A stretch of 64,000 nucleotides of DNA from an uncultured Proteiniphilum sp. (GCA_964446805.1 CAYUQE010000001.1:3626-67625); one strand, 5' to 3'. Positions 9,811-19,777 are shown, counted from the first letter of the stretch. Made by a program: numbers and translations. The notes: generated from the sequence alone by a model not told the origin.

Positions 9811-11670
9811 ATGAAAAAAACAGAGAACATACGCATACTCCTCCTCCTCCTCCTGGTTGTGTTGCTTACAGGCAGCATGACGAGGGTGGATGCCCAGGTG
9901 ACCTTTAAAGCATCCGCACCCGCATCGGTAGTGGAGGGAGAACAATTCAGGTTAAGTTATGTGCTGAACAGGGAGGGTCGGGAGCTACGACTGCCCGATA
10001 TCACCGGTTTCGATCTTCTGTTCGGACCAAGCACCTCCACTAGTTATAGCCAGCAGACAATCAACGGAAAGACTACCTCCGAGAGCTCCGTCACCTACAC
10101 CTACATCCTGATGGCGAAGAAGGCGGGCACCTACACGCTACCTCCTGCATCGATCACGGTAGACGGAAGCAACTATAAGTCCAACACATTGCAGATAAAG
10201 GTACTTCCTCCCGACGAAGCATCAACGAAAACACCTACTGCTCCCGGCAATAAAGCCGAGGATCGTGCATCCACCGGCTCAGGAACGGCTACTGTCTCTT
10301 CCGGCGATGCATTTATCAGGGCCATCGTCTCCAAAAACAGCATTTACGAACAGGAAGGATTCACTGTCACATTTCGTTTGTATACCACACTCAATGTGGT
10401 CAATTATGGCAAGATTCAGTTTCCGGAATTTGAGGGATTCATGGTGGAGGAGGTGGATGTTCCCATGAATCAGCAACTACAGATGGAACGATATAACGGA
10501 AAGAACTACTATACGGCAGATCTGCGAAAGACATTACTCTTTCCACAACGGGCAGGTGAGATCACGATTCCTGCAGGAAGTCTTGAGATGATCTTCTCCG
10601 TTCCCTCGGGAAGAAAAGTATCCACTTTCTTTGGCTCGCAGGAAGTGATGGTGGATGTGAAGAAAGCTTTGAACACCAATCCATTGTCGGTGAAGGTGAA
10701 ACCTCTCCCAGCTCAAAGGCCGGTCAGCTTTTCCAACGCTGTGGGTTCATTTAACCTTAAGCCGGTGATCAGTGCCACCGAGATGAAAGCGAACGAAGCG
10801 ATCACCCTGAAGCTGGAGATCTCAGGAACTGGTAACATGAAGCTTATCCGCAATCCCGAGGTGGTGTTCCCTGGCAATTTTGAACTATATGATCCCACGG
10901 TGAACAACTCATTCAATGTAACCACCAATGGTCTCACCGGCATACGAAGTGTGGAATACATGGCTATACCCCGATATGAGGGAGATTATACCATTCCACC
11001 CGTGGAGTTCACCTTCTTCGATCTCACCACGAACAGCTATAAGACACTCACCACCCCCGCATATGATCTCCGGATAGCCAAAGGTGATCCGGCCGCTGCA
11101 GCTGCAAGCAATTATGTCAATAGACAGGATGTGAAGGTGGAGCAGGACATCCGTTTCCTTAAAACCGGTGAACCCTCCTACCTCTCGCAGCATAATTTCT
11201 TTGCCGGCTCGCTCAATTACTGGCTCTGGTACGCCATCCCCTTTCTCGTGCTGGTCATCTACTACCTCTTTAACAGGAAACAGGCACGCGAGAATGCCAA
11301 TGTGGCACTGATGCGTACCAGAAAAGCCAATAAGACAGCTGCCAGACGACTGAAAGCTGCCGGAAGATATCTCAAGGAGCATGACAAGGAACATTTCCAT
11401 GATGAGGTGCTCCGCGCACTGTGGGGCTATTTCAGTGATAAGCTGTCTATCCCCCTGGCTGAGCTGTCAAAGAACAATATTGAGTCGGAATTGTCGGTAT
11501 ACGGCATCAATGAGCAGCTTACCGACAGGTTCATGCATATCCTGGATAGTTGTGAATTTGCGCGATATGCCCCCGCAGAAAGTGATGCCGAAATGGACCG
11601 TCTCTATCAGGACACGGTGGCAGCTATTGGAGAAATGGAAAACAGATTAAAGAAAAAACAGCGCTTATGA
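9811..11670 (+). CDS. batD: BatD
   Basis: GPSTSTS..INGK, tandem Ig-like repeats, AVGSF, SGTGNMK, TM, C-terminal CEFARYAP. Confidence 0.93.
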   Translation: MKKTENIRILLLLLLVVLLTGSMTRVDAQVTFKASAPASVVEGEQFRLSYVLNREGRELRLPDITGFDLLFGPSTSTSYSQQTINGKTTSESSVTYTYILMAKKAGTYTLPPASITVDGSNYKSNTLQIKVLPPDEASTKTPTAPGNKAEDRASTGSGTATVSSGDAFIRAIVSKNSIYEQEGFTVTFRLYTTLNVVNYGKIQFPEFEGFMVEEVDVPMNQQLQMERYNGKNYYTADLRKTLLFPQRAGEITIPAGSLEMIFSVPSGRKVSTFFGSQEVMVDVKKALNTNPLSVKVKPLPAQRPVSFSNAVGSFNLKPVISATEMKANEAITLKLEISGTGNMKLIRNPEVVFPGNFELYDPTVNNSFNVTTNGLTGIRSVEYMAIPRYEGDYTIPPVEFTFFDLTTNSYKTLTTPAYDLRIAKGDPAAAAASNYVNRQDVKVEQDIRFLKTGEPSYLSQHNFFAGSLNYWLWYAIPFLVLVIYYLFNRKQARENANVALMRTRKANKTAARRLKAAGRYLKEHDKEHFHDEVLRALWGYFSDKLSIPLAELSKNNIESELSVYGINEQLTDRFMHILDSCEFARYAPAESDAEMDRLYQDTVAAIGEMENRLKKKQRL

Positions 11671-12506
11671 AATTGTTTCACCATCTATTCATCGTACAGC
11701 TCCTTTTCCTGTGTACAAACGGCGCACTACTGGCACAGGAGAGCGCTGATACCGTTTCTGGCAATGCAGCACAGACTGTGACCACCACCGCGGGCGCGAT
11801 CCCCCCGGACTTGTCAGCGTCAGCAGCCGCAGCATATCGGGAGCAGGATTACAAGAAAAGTGCAGCACTCTACGAGACGGTTGTTGCACATGCCCTTGCC
11901 AATGACATGGTTTCTGCTGAAATCTACTACAATCTTGGAAATGCCTATTTCAGGGATAATCAATTGGCGAAAGCGATTGTTAACTATGAGAGAGCGCTTC
12001 TTCTTGATCCTGGTGATGGCGATATCCGGCACAATCTGCGCTTCGCCCGGAACAGAACGGAAGATCGTATCGATGTTGCGGGCAATCTTATCTTTGCCAA
12101 CTGGTTTATGGCTGTAAGAAACAGCTTCAGCTCCAACAGCTGGGCTGTGATAGGGATTGTGCTCTTTATGCTGTTCCTGATATGCATGGTTGTCTTCCTG
12201 TTTGTGCGTTATCTCTGGGCAAGAAAAACCGCATTCTACAGTGGTATTGTACTGTTCTTGCTGGTGATGGTAACAAACATCTTTGCCATCAGTCAAAAAA
12301 GAGAACGACTAGATAGAGACTCGGCCATAGTGATGGTGGGGGCAGTCATGGTGAAAGCCTCACCCGATCAGAACAGCAATACACTCTTCGAACTTCATGA
12401 AGGTATCAAAGTGAAAATCAGAAATAGTGACAGTAACTGGCTCGAGATAGAAATTGCCAACGGGAGTGTGGGTTGGTTATCAAAGGAACATGTGGAAATA
12501 ATTTAA
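11667..12506 (+). CDS. batE: BatE, TPR + TM + SH3 protein
   Basis: YYNLGNAYF..AIVNYERAL, two TMs, C-terminal LHEG..GSVGWL SH3-like domain. Confidence 0.92.
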   Translation: MKLFHHLFIVQLLFLCTNGALLAQESADTVSGNAAQTVTTTAGAIPPDLSASAAAAYREQDYKKSAALYETVVAHALANDMVSAEIYYNLGNAYFRDNQLAKAIVNYERALLLDPGDGDIRHNLRFARNRTEDRIDVAGNLIFANWFMAVRNSFSSNSWAVIGIVLFMLFLICMVVFLFVRYLWARKTAFYSGIVLFLLVMVTNIFAISQKRERLDRDSAIVMVGAVMVKASPDQNSNTLFELHEGIKVKIRNSDSNWLEIEIANGSVGWLSKEHVEII

Positions 12507-12512
12507 TAATGA

Positions 12513-13211
12513 ATGAAAGAAGCTATTGAGCGTATCCTTCCTCTGGAGAGAGATCTTTTTTTTGCATTGAACGGCAGCGACTCTCTCTTTCTTGATCAGA
12601 TGATGTGGACCATCAGCGGCAGGTTTGTGTGGATACCCCTGTTTCTGTGTATCCTTTTTCTCTTTTTCTATAAAACGCCCCGCAAGGAAGCTTTCCTGGT
12701 GACACTCTTCTTTATCCTTCTTTTTGTGCTGAGCGACCAGGTCTCGTCAGCACTCTTCAAGCCTCTTTTTGAACGCTTTCGTCCCACGCATCACCCCGAT
12801 TTCAAGGAGCTGGTTGATATGGTGAACGGCTACAGGGGCGGCAGGTATGGTTTTATCTCAGGACATGCCACCAACAGTTTCGGACTGGCTGTGTTCCTTT
12901 CGCTGCTTTTCAAACACCGGCGTGTGACCTTTTTCGCACTGTTGTGGGCCAGCTTAAACAGTTATACCCGTATCTACCTGGGTGTGCATTTCGTGTCGGA
13001 TATCGTGGGGGGAATGGTGGCAGGCACATTGCTCGCCTTCCTGCTCTATAGCTTGTACATATGGGCCAGAGTGAAGTTGTTCCAGCCGGAGCCATCCTTG
13101 AAAAGAATTCCCTATTCACCGAAGCATGGAGAGCTATTATCTTCGTTCATACCTGTTTATATTCTTCTTCTGGTTATTTTCTCACCGTTGCTGGCATCAT
13201 TGCCTCATTGA
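12513..13211 (+). CDS. PAP2-family membrane phosphatase
   Basis: KPLFERFRP, SGHATNSF and SYTRIYLGVHFVSD motifs. Confidence 0.92.
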   Translation: MKEAIERILPLERDLFFALNGSDSLFLDQMMWTISGRFVWIPLFLCILFLFFYKTPRKEAFLVTLFFILLFVLSDQVSSALFKPLFERFRPTHHPDFKELVDMVNGYRGGRYGFISGHATNSFGLAVFLSLLFKHRRVTFFALLWASLNSYTRIYLGVHFVSDIVGGMVAGTLLAFLLYSLYIWARVKLFQPEPSLKRIPYSPKHGELLSSFIPVYILLLVIFSPLLASLPH

Positions 13212-13345
13212 TAAAAAAAGGAAGTAAAGAAACAGCAGATTTTCATAATTATTATAAGGAAATAGTTTGGGATCTCTTTTTTTTTATGTAAGTTTAGGGC
13301 ATCAATTAAATGCTCGACATATTATCAACATTAAAATAAGAGGCC

Positions 13346-13633
13346 ATGGCAAGAACAATTACCTTTAATGATTTAAGAGAACTGAAAGACAAACTCCCCG
13401 ATGGTAGTATCCACCAAATAGCAGCGGAACTGGAGATGAAACCTGAAACTGTGAGAAATTATTTTGGTGGGTACAATTACAAAGAAGGCAAGAGTGTGGG
13501 TATACATATCGAACCGGGTCCAAATGGTGGTATTGTTGTTCTCGACGATACCACTATTTTTGATAAAGCATTGAAAATACTCGGTCTGGATGATTATCCC
13601 GTACCTGACTCATTTGAAGCAGCAGCACTATAG
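13346..13633 (+). CDS. Conserved Bacteroidales small HTH DNA-binding protein, function unknown
   Basis: TITFNDLRELKDKLPDGSIHQIAAEL..ETVRNYFGG..GIHIEPGPNGG; HTH-like segment; family recognised next to bat operons. Confidence 0.8.
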   Translation: MARTITFNDLRELKDKLPDGSIHQIAAELEMKPETVRNYFGGYNYKEGKSVGIHIEPGPNGGIVVLDDTTIFDKALKILGLDDYPVPDSFEAAAL

Positions 13634-13644
13634 AACAATTAACC

Positions 13645-13688
13645 AAAACCCAATTATGGATGCGCAGACGCTCTAAATTGGGTTTTTT
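13645..13688 (+). terminator. Long bulged hairpin plus U-tract after the small HTH gene
   Basis: aaaacccaatt-a-tgga-t-gcg/caga/cgc-tcta-aattgggtttttt. Confidence 0.7.
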
Positions 13689-13742
13689 CTTTAAGCTAAC
13701 CTACTACATCTACAGTGTGGAGCCGTAGACGTCAAAAAAATA

Positions 13743-14891
13743 ATGAATATGTCAAAAGATCAGAAGCAACAGGATGCACACGATGAGAAAATGGTCACCG
13801 TTGCCATTCATACCTATGAGAAAGCGCACATTTTAAGGACGATTCTTGAATCGGAAGGGATACCCGCTGTCATTCATGGTATCAAGATGATTCAGCCGGT
13901 TATCCCCGGAAACGTGCGAGTGAGAATTAACGAGAGTGACCTTCCCCGGGCGCTGCAGATCATTGAGAAAGTGGACTTCTCCTCACAAGTGGAAGATGAA
14001 TTGAAAGAGACAAGGAATGAAGTGTTGATCCCTGTCGACTTCTCCGATTACTCGCTTACAGCTTGTGAATTTGGTTTTCGGCTTGCCGATGATCTTGATT
14101 GCACGGTGAAGTTGTTACATGCCTTCTTTACCCCTTTCTATCCCGCATCGGTACCCTTCGGTGACTCCTTCACCCTGCAGGCTACCGATAAGGATATCTA
14201 CAAGGATGTGAAGGCCAAGACTGAAAATGAGATGGCAAGTCTGGTATCCAGAATAGAGAGCGGGATCGCAGCAGGCTCTATACCGGATATACCCTACAAG
14301 ACAGTGCTGGTGGAAGGACTCCCGGAGGAGGAGATCATCTCCTATTCTAAAAAGATGAGACCTACAGCAATCGTAATGGGTACCAGAGGAAGGAATGCCA
14401 AGGATCTGGACCTGATCGGGAGTGTCACTGCCGAGGTGATGGAAGGATGCCGTACACCTATATTTGCGATTCCCGAAGGGACAACCATGAGGGGACTTTC
14501 AGAAATGAAAAGAATCGTTTTCATGACTAATTTTCAGGAACGTGAGTTCAAAGCTTTCGACATCATGATGAAATTCCTGAAACCTTATCCCCTGAAGATA
14601 TACCTCGCCCATATCGCCAAGAAAGAGGACGTGTGGAATGAAATTAAACTGTCGGGTATACAGAAGCGGTTTGCTGAATTATATCCCCAGCTACAGATAG
14701 CGTATAAGCTTATTGACCAGAATGAGGGTTTGGAAGAGTCTCTTGAAAAGTTCGTCGATGAAAACAAGATTGACCTGATTTCACTCTCCAGCTCTCGCCG
14801 TAATATCTTTGCCCGGATGTTTAACCCTGGCATCGCACGCAGGATGTTGTTTCATTCAGACACACCATTGCTGGTGATAAAGGGAATGTGA
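13743..14891 (+). CDS. Universal stress protein (N-terminal DUF2007-like domain plus two USP domains)
   Basis: N-terminal AHILRTILESEGIP..VRVRINESD; VLIPVDFSDYS; IVMGTRG..IGSVTAEV; final PLLVI. Confidence 0.88.
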   Translation: MNMSKDQKQQDAHDEKMVTVAIHTYEKAHILRTILESEGIPAVIHGIKMIQPVIPGNVRVRINESDLPRALQIIEKVDFSSQVEDELKETRNEVLIPVDFSDYSLTACEFGFRLADDLDCTVKLLHAFFTPFYPASVPFGDSFTLQATDKDIYKDVKAKTENEMASLVSRIESGIAAGSIPDIPYKTVLVEGLPEEEIISYSKKMRPTAIVMGTRGRNAKDLDLIGSVTAEVMEGCRTPIFAIPEGTTMRGLSEMKRIVFMTNFQEREFKAFDIMMKFLKPYPLKIYLAHIAKKEDVWNEIKLSGIQKRFAELYPQLQIAYKLIDQNEGLEESLEKFVDENKIDLISLSSSRRNIFARMFNPGIARRMLFHSDTPLLVIKGM

Positions 14892-14906
14892 CACACTCTG
14901 ATCCAT

Positions 14907-14954
14907 TGCCACAAAAAAAAGGATCTCATCAGTGAGATCCTTTTTTTTGTGGCA
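14907..14954. terminator. Bidirectional intrinsic terminator between usp and ompH
   Basis: Perfect 22-bp inverted repeat tgccacaaaaaaaaggatctca/tcag/tgagatccttttttttgtggca between convergent genes. Confidence 0.92.
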
Positions 14955-14965
14955 GTTTTCGCTGC

Positions 14966-15475
14966 TTATTTGATACCCAGCTTGGTCTTCACCAGTGGTG
15001 TGATGTTCACCGCCGATGGGTTCACATAGACAATGGGTGATTGTTGCGTGGAGACATCGAACACAAAGGTGTAGCTGTTTTCATCTCCCACAGCCTTGAT
15101 GGCATCTGCAATCTTCTTGTTGAGTGGCTCAAGAAGCTTCTGTTGCAATTGCTGCATCTCCTGTTGGCTGTTCTGAAGATAGACCTGGTATCTCTCCTGA
15201 ATCTGCGCCAGTTGCTTCTGCTGATCCTGTTGTACTGTCTGTGAGGTGGTGTTGGATTTTTCAAACTCTTCTGCCTTTTTGTTAAACTCATCCACCAGTG
15301 CCTGTCCATTTTTAGAAATCTCTTCCTGCTTGGTGGTTAATTGTGTTTCAATACCTGACAATTCAGGCATGGCAGTAAAGATCTCCTGGGAGTTAAGATA
15401 AGCAAGCTTCACATTCTGTGCAACAGCAGCTATCGGGGCCAGTGCAATAAAAAAGATCAATAATTTTTTTAACAT
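14966..15475 (-). CDS. ompH: OmpH/Skp periplasmic chaperone (second copy)
   Basis: Signal peptide, KLAYLNSQEIF..MPE, Q-rich coiled coil, AIKAVGDENSYTFVFD. Confidence 0.92.
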   Translation of the reverse strand: MLKKLLIFFIALAPIAAVAQNVKLAYLNSQEIFTAMPELSGIETQLTTKQEEISKNGQALVDEFNKKAEEFEKSNTTSQTVQQDQQKQLAQIQERYQVYLQNSQQEMQQLQQKLLEPLNKKIADAIKAVGDENSYTFVFDVSTQQSPIVYVNPSAVNITPLVKTKLGIK

Positions 15476-15523
15476 GATTCTATTTGTAATTGATGATTTA
15501 TAATTCAGTGAAAAAACAGGCTA

Positions 15524-15531
15524 CAAAGATA
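15524..15531 (-). promoter_or_regulatory. sigmaA -7 element for the second ompH
   Basis: TATCTTTG on the minus strand between the two ompH genes. Confidence 0.6.
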
Positions 15532-15543
15532 ATCTATTTATAT

Positions 15544-16056
15544 TTAATACCCTAACCTTGAAAGGATCTGATCGCTGATATCGATGCTTGGTGATGCGAA
15601 AATAATCGATGTGGCGGAGGCCCTGTCCACCACAATGGTATAACCGTTTTCAGCGGATATCTCTTTCACTGCCTCATAGATATTATCCTGAATAGGCTTG
15701 ATCAGTTTCTCCTGCTGTTGAAACAATTCACCCTTGGGACCGAAGTATTGATTCCTGAGCTCCTGGATAGCATTCTCCTTGGCTACGATTTCATTCTCGC
15801 GTTTTGTTTTCTCGTTGCCTCCAAGAAACACCAGGTCGGCCTGGTACTTCTTGTACATTGCATCCACCACTCCCACTTCCTTATCCACCTCACTCTGCCA
15901 TTGTTGGGAGAGTGACTCCATCTGCTTGTTGGCACTCTCATAAGCAGGTATCTTACCAAGGATGTACTCCATGTCAATCAGCGCATATTTCTGGGCATAG
16001 CTGCTGCCGATGGTCAATGCCATAAATAACCCGATAAAAAATAATGTTTTCTTCAT
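15544..16056 (-). CDS. ompH: OmpH/Skp chaperone (Omp17-like)
   Basis: QKYALIDMEYILGKIPAY, YFGPKGELF, IDISDQIL. Confidence 0.93.
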   Translation of the reverse strand: MKKTLFFIGLFMALTIGSSYAQKYALIDMEYILGKIPAYESANKQMESLSQQWQSEVDKEVGVVDAMYKKYQADLVFLGGNEKTKRENEIVAKENAIQELRNQYFGPKGELFQQQEKLIKPIQDNIYEAVKEISAENGYTIVVDRASATSIIFASPSIDISDQILSRLGY

Positions 16057-16165
16057 ACGATTTTTTATTTATACATTAGGCTGTACGCAACGAGCAGCTT
16101 TCATTAACCCTGCGGGAAGGAAGATCATACTCGTTTCATCCAGTTAATTTTGATTCTGTTAATAG

Positions 16166-16191
16166 AGACACGCAAATGGGTGAATCGTTTA
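16166..16191 (-). promoter_or_regulatory. Putative ECF-sigma promoter upstream of ompH
   Basis: TAAAC-N16-TGTCT on the minus strand in the bamA-ompH spacer. Confidence 0.45.
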
Positions 16192-16264
16192 GAGAGACAT
16201 CAATAAATAATGTTAAAACAGATTCTCTGCCAATGATAGGTCATCTATCCAGCCGGTTTCCCTG

Positions 16265-18958
16265 TTAGAATTCCTGGCCGATGATAAAGTGGAACTGACT
16301 CCCTCCTCGTTGCCTGCTTCCTGTACCGAACACAGTATCAAAACCGTATGCCCAGTCAATACCCATCAACCCGATCATTGGAAGGAAGATACGTGCACCC
16401 ACTCCTGCAGAACGTTTAAGATCGAACGGATTCAGATCTTTCACATTGTACCAGGCGTTCCCTGCTTCCAGGAAGGCGACTCCGTAAATTGTGGAGTTGG
16501 GCTCCAGGATAAAGGGATAACGCAATTCAACGCCAAGGCGGGTATAGGCACGCGCCTGCTGTGCGATAGAGTTATTCTCATAACCCCTCAAGGCGACGTT
16601 TTCAGTGGCGAAGGAGTTGGAATACCCGCTCATGCCGTCACCACCCACGTCGAAAGTCTCGAAGGGAGTAAGCTTGTTCTTGTTATAATGGCCTAATATC
16701 CCGAACTCCACCCTGGTGGCGATCACCGGTGTGCGTGTAACTGTCGAGGGTGTTAACGGTGTGAAAGTACGTATTTTCAGTTTCCATTTATGGTATTCAT
16801 TCCATTTATATTTTTCCGGATTACTGTAGGCCATGCTTTCATAATTCTTCCCGTCCCATATGGAGAAAGGAGGTGTGGCGCTCACGCTTAATGTGAATTG
16901 AGAGCCTGTTCTGGTATAGATAGGATTATCGGTGGATACGCGCGATAGGGTGAATCCGACCGTGACACTGTTACTTACCCCCGACTGAAAAGGAAACTGA
17001 TTCCATGACCAGTTTTTAAGTCCGTAACGCTGGTATCCCAATTCAGCCATGAACTGGAAATAATCATCAGGCCACTCGAGCCGTTTTCCGTAACCCAATG
17101 TGAGACCAAGCATGCTAAACACCTGATTGGGGTCAGCCGCATATTCAGCCATGTCCTGATAACCTCCGCCGTAACCTCCGCCGTAACCACCGCCATAACC
17201 GCCGTAGCCGCCGTAGCCGCCATAACCGCCATAGCCGCCATAACCGGACATGTATGGATCCATATAGCTGTTTTGTGAATAATAATCACTATTGAGACCC
17301 GTATAACGTGAATAGTATGCACTCAACGATAGGTTGTTGGGTCTTTTTCCGCCAAACCAGGGTTCCATAAACTGGAATTGATAGGATTGATAGTAACGGC
17401 CGTTGGTCTGCGCACTTAATACGAGCGTCTGTCCTTCACCCTGGGGAATAATGCCTCTGTGCATGGAGGGGTTGAGCAGGTTCTGCAGTGAGAAGTTATT
17501 CAGTTTTAAACTGAGTTTACCTACCAGGCCTGTAACACCCCATCCGGCAGAGAATTCAATTTGGTCGTTACCTTTCGATGTGAGTGGATAGGTGATGTCC
17601 ACTGTTCCATCTTCAGGGTTGGGGGTGATACCTCCTGAGATATCCGCTGAGAGTGCTTCCGGATCGAAATGCCCTGTCTGTGCAATCTCACGTACCGACC
17701 GCAAGAGGGCATCCTTACTGAATACAGCACCCGGCTTTGTTCTTAGTTCCCTGCGGATGACGTCTTCATACAATCGGTCGTTGCCCTGAATGATCACCTT
17801 CTTGATGGTTGCCTTCGGTCCTTCCACCACACGTAGTTCCAGATCCACCGAGTCGCTTTCAATATTGATCTCGACGGGATCGATATTGGAGAAGAGATAA
17901 CCGTTGTTCTGGTACAGATTGACAGCGGCATCTTCATCCGATAGTAATCTGTCCTGCAGTTTCTTCTGGTTGTAGACATCACCCGGAGCCATATTGAGCA
18001 AGTGCCCCAACTGTGAGGAGGGGTACTGCGTGTTGCCTACCCAGTTGATGGAACGAATATGATATTGAGGTCCCTCCTGCAATGCTATCTCGATGTTCAC
18101 CGTTTTCTCGTCATGTTTATAGACTGTGTCGCGTATTATCTCCGCATCACGAAAACCCTCTTCCTGATATTTGGCGATGAGATTTTTCTTGTCCTCTTCG
18201 TACAGATCTTCCACAAATTTTTTCGCACGGAAGATCGTTTTAATCTTGCCCTTCTCATTGGTTTTCTTCATCGCCCATTTAAGCTTACCATCCGAAAGTG
18301 CTTCATTTCCTTCAATCTGTATACTGTTGACCTTCAACTTCTCTTTCTTGTCTACTGTGATCTCCAGGAAGACCTGATTTCTTTGGGTAGTGTCGGGACG
18401 CTGGAAAATAGTCACCTCGGCATCGCCAAAACCTTTGCCATCAAAAAAGCTCTTGATCATGGTCTCGGCCCTGTCAATCTGAGGTGGTGTGATCTGATTC
18501 CCTTTCACGAAACCAATCTTCTCCTCAATATCCTCCTGCTCACTCTTCTTCATCCCGAAGTAGTGAATATCTGCTACCCGCGGCCGGTCGGTAAGTCGTA
18601 TCTCAAGCCATACACTGTCACCCGCCACTTTTGTCTGCAATATTTTCACATCGGAAAAAAGTCCCTGACGCCAGAATCTTTTCAGTGCGGTTGTGATATC
18701 ATCACCGGGAATCTGTATCTGCTGTCCTTTCTTCAGCTCGGAAAAACCAACAAGCACAAACTTCTGGTCTTCGTACATCGTGCCCTCCACTCCCGTCACA
18801 TCAATATCGGCGATATAATACTTCTTGGGAGAGGCGGTATAGTTCACACTCAGATCAACCGTTCCCGCAGAGGGTATGGTGTCGTTGGTTTGTGCCAGGG
18901 AAACTGCCTGTGAAAGTATAATTAATAATAGAAGCAAATGGAATGTTTTCTTCAACAT
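16265..18958 (-). CDS. bamA: Outer membrane protein assembly factor BamA
   Basis: POTRA repeats (IQIEGN, VIRRELRT), LRGY loop-6 motif, C-terminal FHFIIGQEF. Confidence 0.97.
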   Translation of the reverse strand: MLKKTFHLLLLLIILSQAVSLAQTNDTIPSAGTVDLSVNYTASPKKYYIADIDVTGVEGTMYEDQKFVLVGFSELKKGQQIQIPGDDITTALKRFWRQGLFSDVKILQTKVAGDSVWLEIRLTDRPRVADIHYFGMKKSEQEDIEEKIGFVKGNQITPPQIDRAETMIKSFFDGKGFGDAEVTIFQRPDTTQRNQVFLEITVDKKEKLKVNSIQIEGNEALSDGKLKWAMKKTNEKGKIKTIFRAKKFVEDLYEEDKKNLIAKYQEEGFRDAEIIRDTVYKHDEKTVNIEIALQEGPQYHIRSINWVGNTQYPSSQLGHLLNMAPGDVYNQKKLQDRLLSDEDAAVNLYQNNGYLFSNIDPVEINIESDSVDLELRVVEGPKATIKKVIIQGNDRLYEDVIRRELRTKPGAVFSKDALLRSVREIAQTGHFDPEALSADISGGITPNPEDGTVDITYPLTSKGNDQIEFSAGWGVTGLVGKLSLKLNNFSLQNLLNPSMHRGIIPQGEGQTLVLSAQTNGRYYQSYQFQFMEPWFGGKRPNNLSLSAYYSRYTGLNSDYYSQNSYMDPYMSGYGGYGGYGGYGGYGGYGGGYGGGYGGGYQDMAEYAADPNQVFSMLGLTLGYGKRLEWPDDYFQFMAELGYQRYGLKNWSWNQFPFQSGVSNSVTVGFTLSRVSTDNPIYTRTGSQFTLSVSATPPFSIWDGKNYESMAYSNPEKYKWNEYHKWKLKIRTFTPLTPSTVTRTPVIATRVEFGILGHYNKNKLTPFETFDVGGDGMSGYSNSFATENVALRGYENNSIAQQARAYTRLGVELRYPFILEPNSTIYGVAFLEAGNAWYNVKDLNPFDLKRSAGVGARIFLPMIGLMGIDWAYGFDTVFGTGSRQRGGSQFHFIIGQEF
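17159..17245 (-). repeat. In-frame tandem repeat encoding GY(GGY)5(GGGY)3 within bamA
   Basis: 9-bp units RTARCCGCC and 12-bp units RTAACCWCCGCC on the plus strand. Confidence 0.95.
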
Positions 18959-19018
18959 TGTGATATTTTTCTTTTCTCTTACTGTCTGTTGTGCAGTGTA
19001 GACCCGTTATTGTTCAAA

Positions 19019-19756
19019 TTAAATCTGTTCGCTTATCTTACCGTATCGCCTCTCACGGCTCTGGTAGTCAAGTATCGCCTCATAGAGCTTTTCTTCCCCA
19101 AAGTCGGGCCAGAAGGTATCGGTAAAATAAAATTCCGCATAAGCGCATTGCCACAAAAGAAAATTACTGATCCTCTTCTCTCCACCTGTTCTTATCAACA
19201 AATCGGGATCGGGAAGACCGCTGGTGGTAAGATAGTTGCTAATGGTTTCTTCATTTATATCGTTTTCCTGTAAGATACCTTTGGTAAAGTCACTCGTTAT
19301 TTTCCTGGCTGCTTGCGTGATCTCCCATTTCGAGGAATAACTCAGGGCAAGCACCAGGGTGAGCCTCGTTCCATGTGCTGTTTCACGGATACACTCCTCC
19401 AGTGTCTCACGCACATTCCCTGGCAGACGATCAATATCACCAATGTATGCAATCCTGACGCCGTTTTTAATCAAGTCAGCTGTTTCCCTGGTGATGGCAT
19501 ATACCATCAGATCCATCAATCCATTCACCTCCTCTGAGGGACGTTTCCAGTTTTCAGTGGAAAAAGCGTAAAGTGTGAGGTATTGAATGGATACGCTGGA
19601 GGCAGCTTCAACCACCTTCCTGATCGCTCCCACACCCTCTCGGTGCCCTTCACTTCTCTCCAGCCCCCTGGCTCTGGCCCAGCGTCCGTTGCCGTCCATG
19701 ATGATGGCTATATGGCAGGGAAGACGGTTATGATCAAGTTTGTCAATTAACGACAT
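19019..19756 (-). CDS. uppS: Undecaprenyl diphosphate synthase
   Basis: HIAIIMDGNGRWA, YAFSTENWKRP, DLLIRTGGEKRISNFLLWQ, RERRYG. Confidence 0.97.
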   Translation of the reverse strand: MSLIDKLDHNRLPCHIAIIMDGNGRWARARGLERSEGHREGVGAIRKVVEAASSVSIQYLTLYAFSTENWKRPSEEVNGLMDLMVYAITRETADLIKNGVRIAYIGDIDRLPGNVRETLEECIRETAHGTRLTLVLALSYSSKWEITQAARKITSDFTKGILQENDINEETISNYLTTSGLPDPDLLIRTGGEKRISNFLLWQCAYAEFYFTDTFWPDFGEEKLYEAILDYQSRERRYGKISEQI

Positions 19757-19777
19757 CTCTTTAGCGGCTTAATTTTT

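Noticed and set aside
9838-9852. (CTC)5 microsatellite at the start of batD
   Set aside because: A triplet repeat encoding signal-peptide leucines cannot shift the frame.
16068-16140. Tiny ORFs (MKRV; MIFLPAGLMKAARCVQPNV) in the ompH leader
   Set aside because: Too short, with no supporting signal; could be chance.
18059-18913. 284-aa antisense ORF inside bamA, and similar long shadow ORFs such as 45991-46689, 3100-3789 and 34253-34876
   Set aside because: They lie opposite well-conserved genes, show no recognisable motifs and are explained by codon bias of the real strand.
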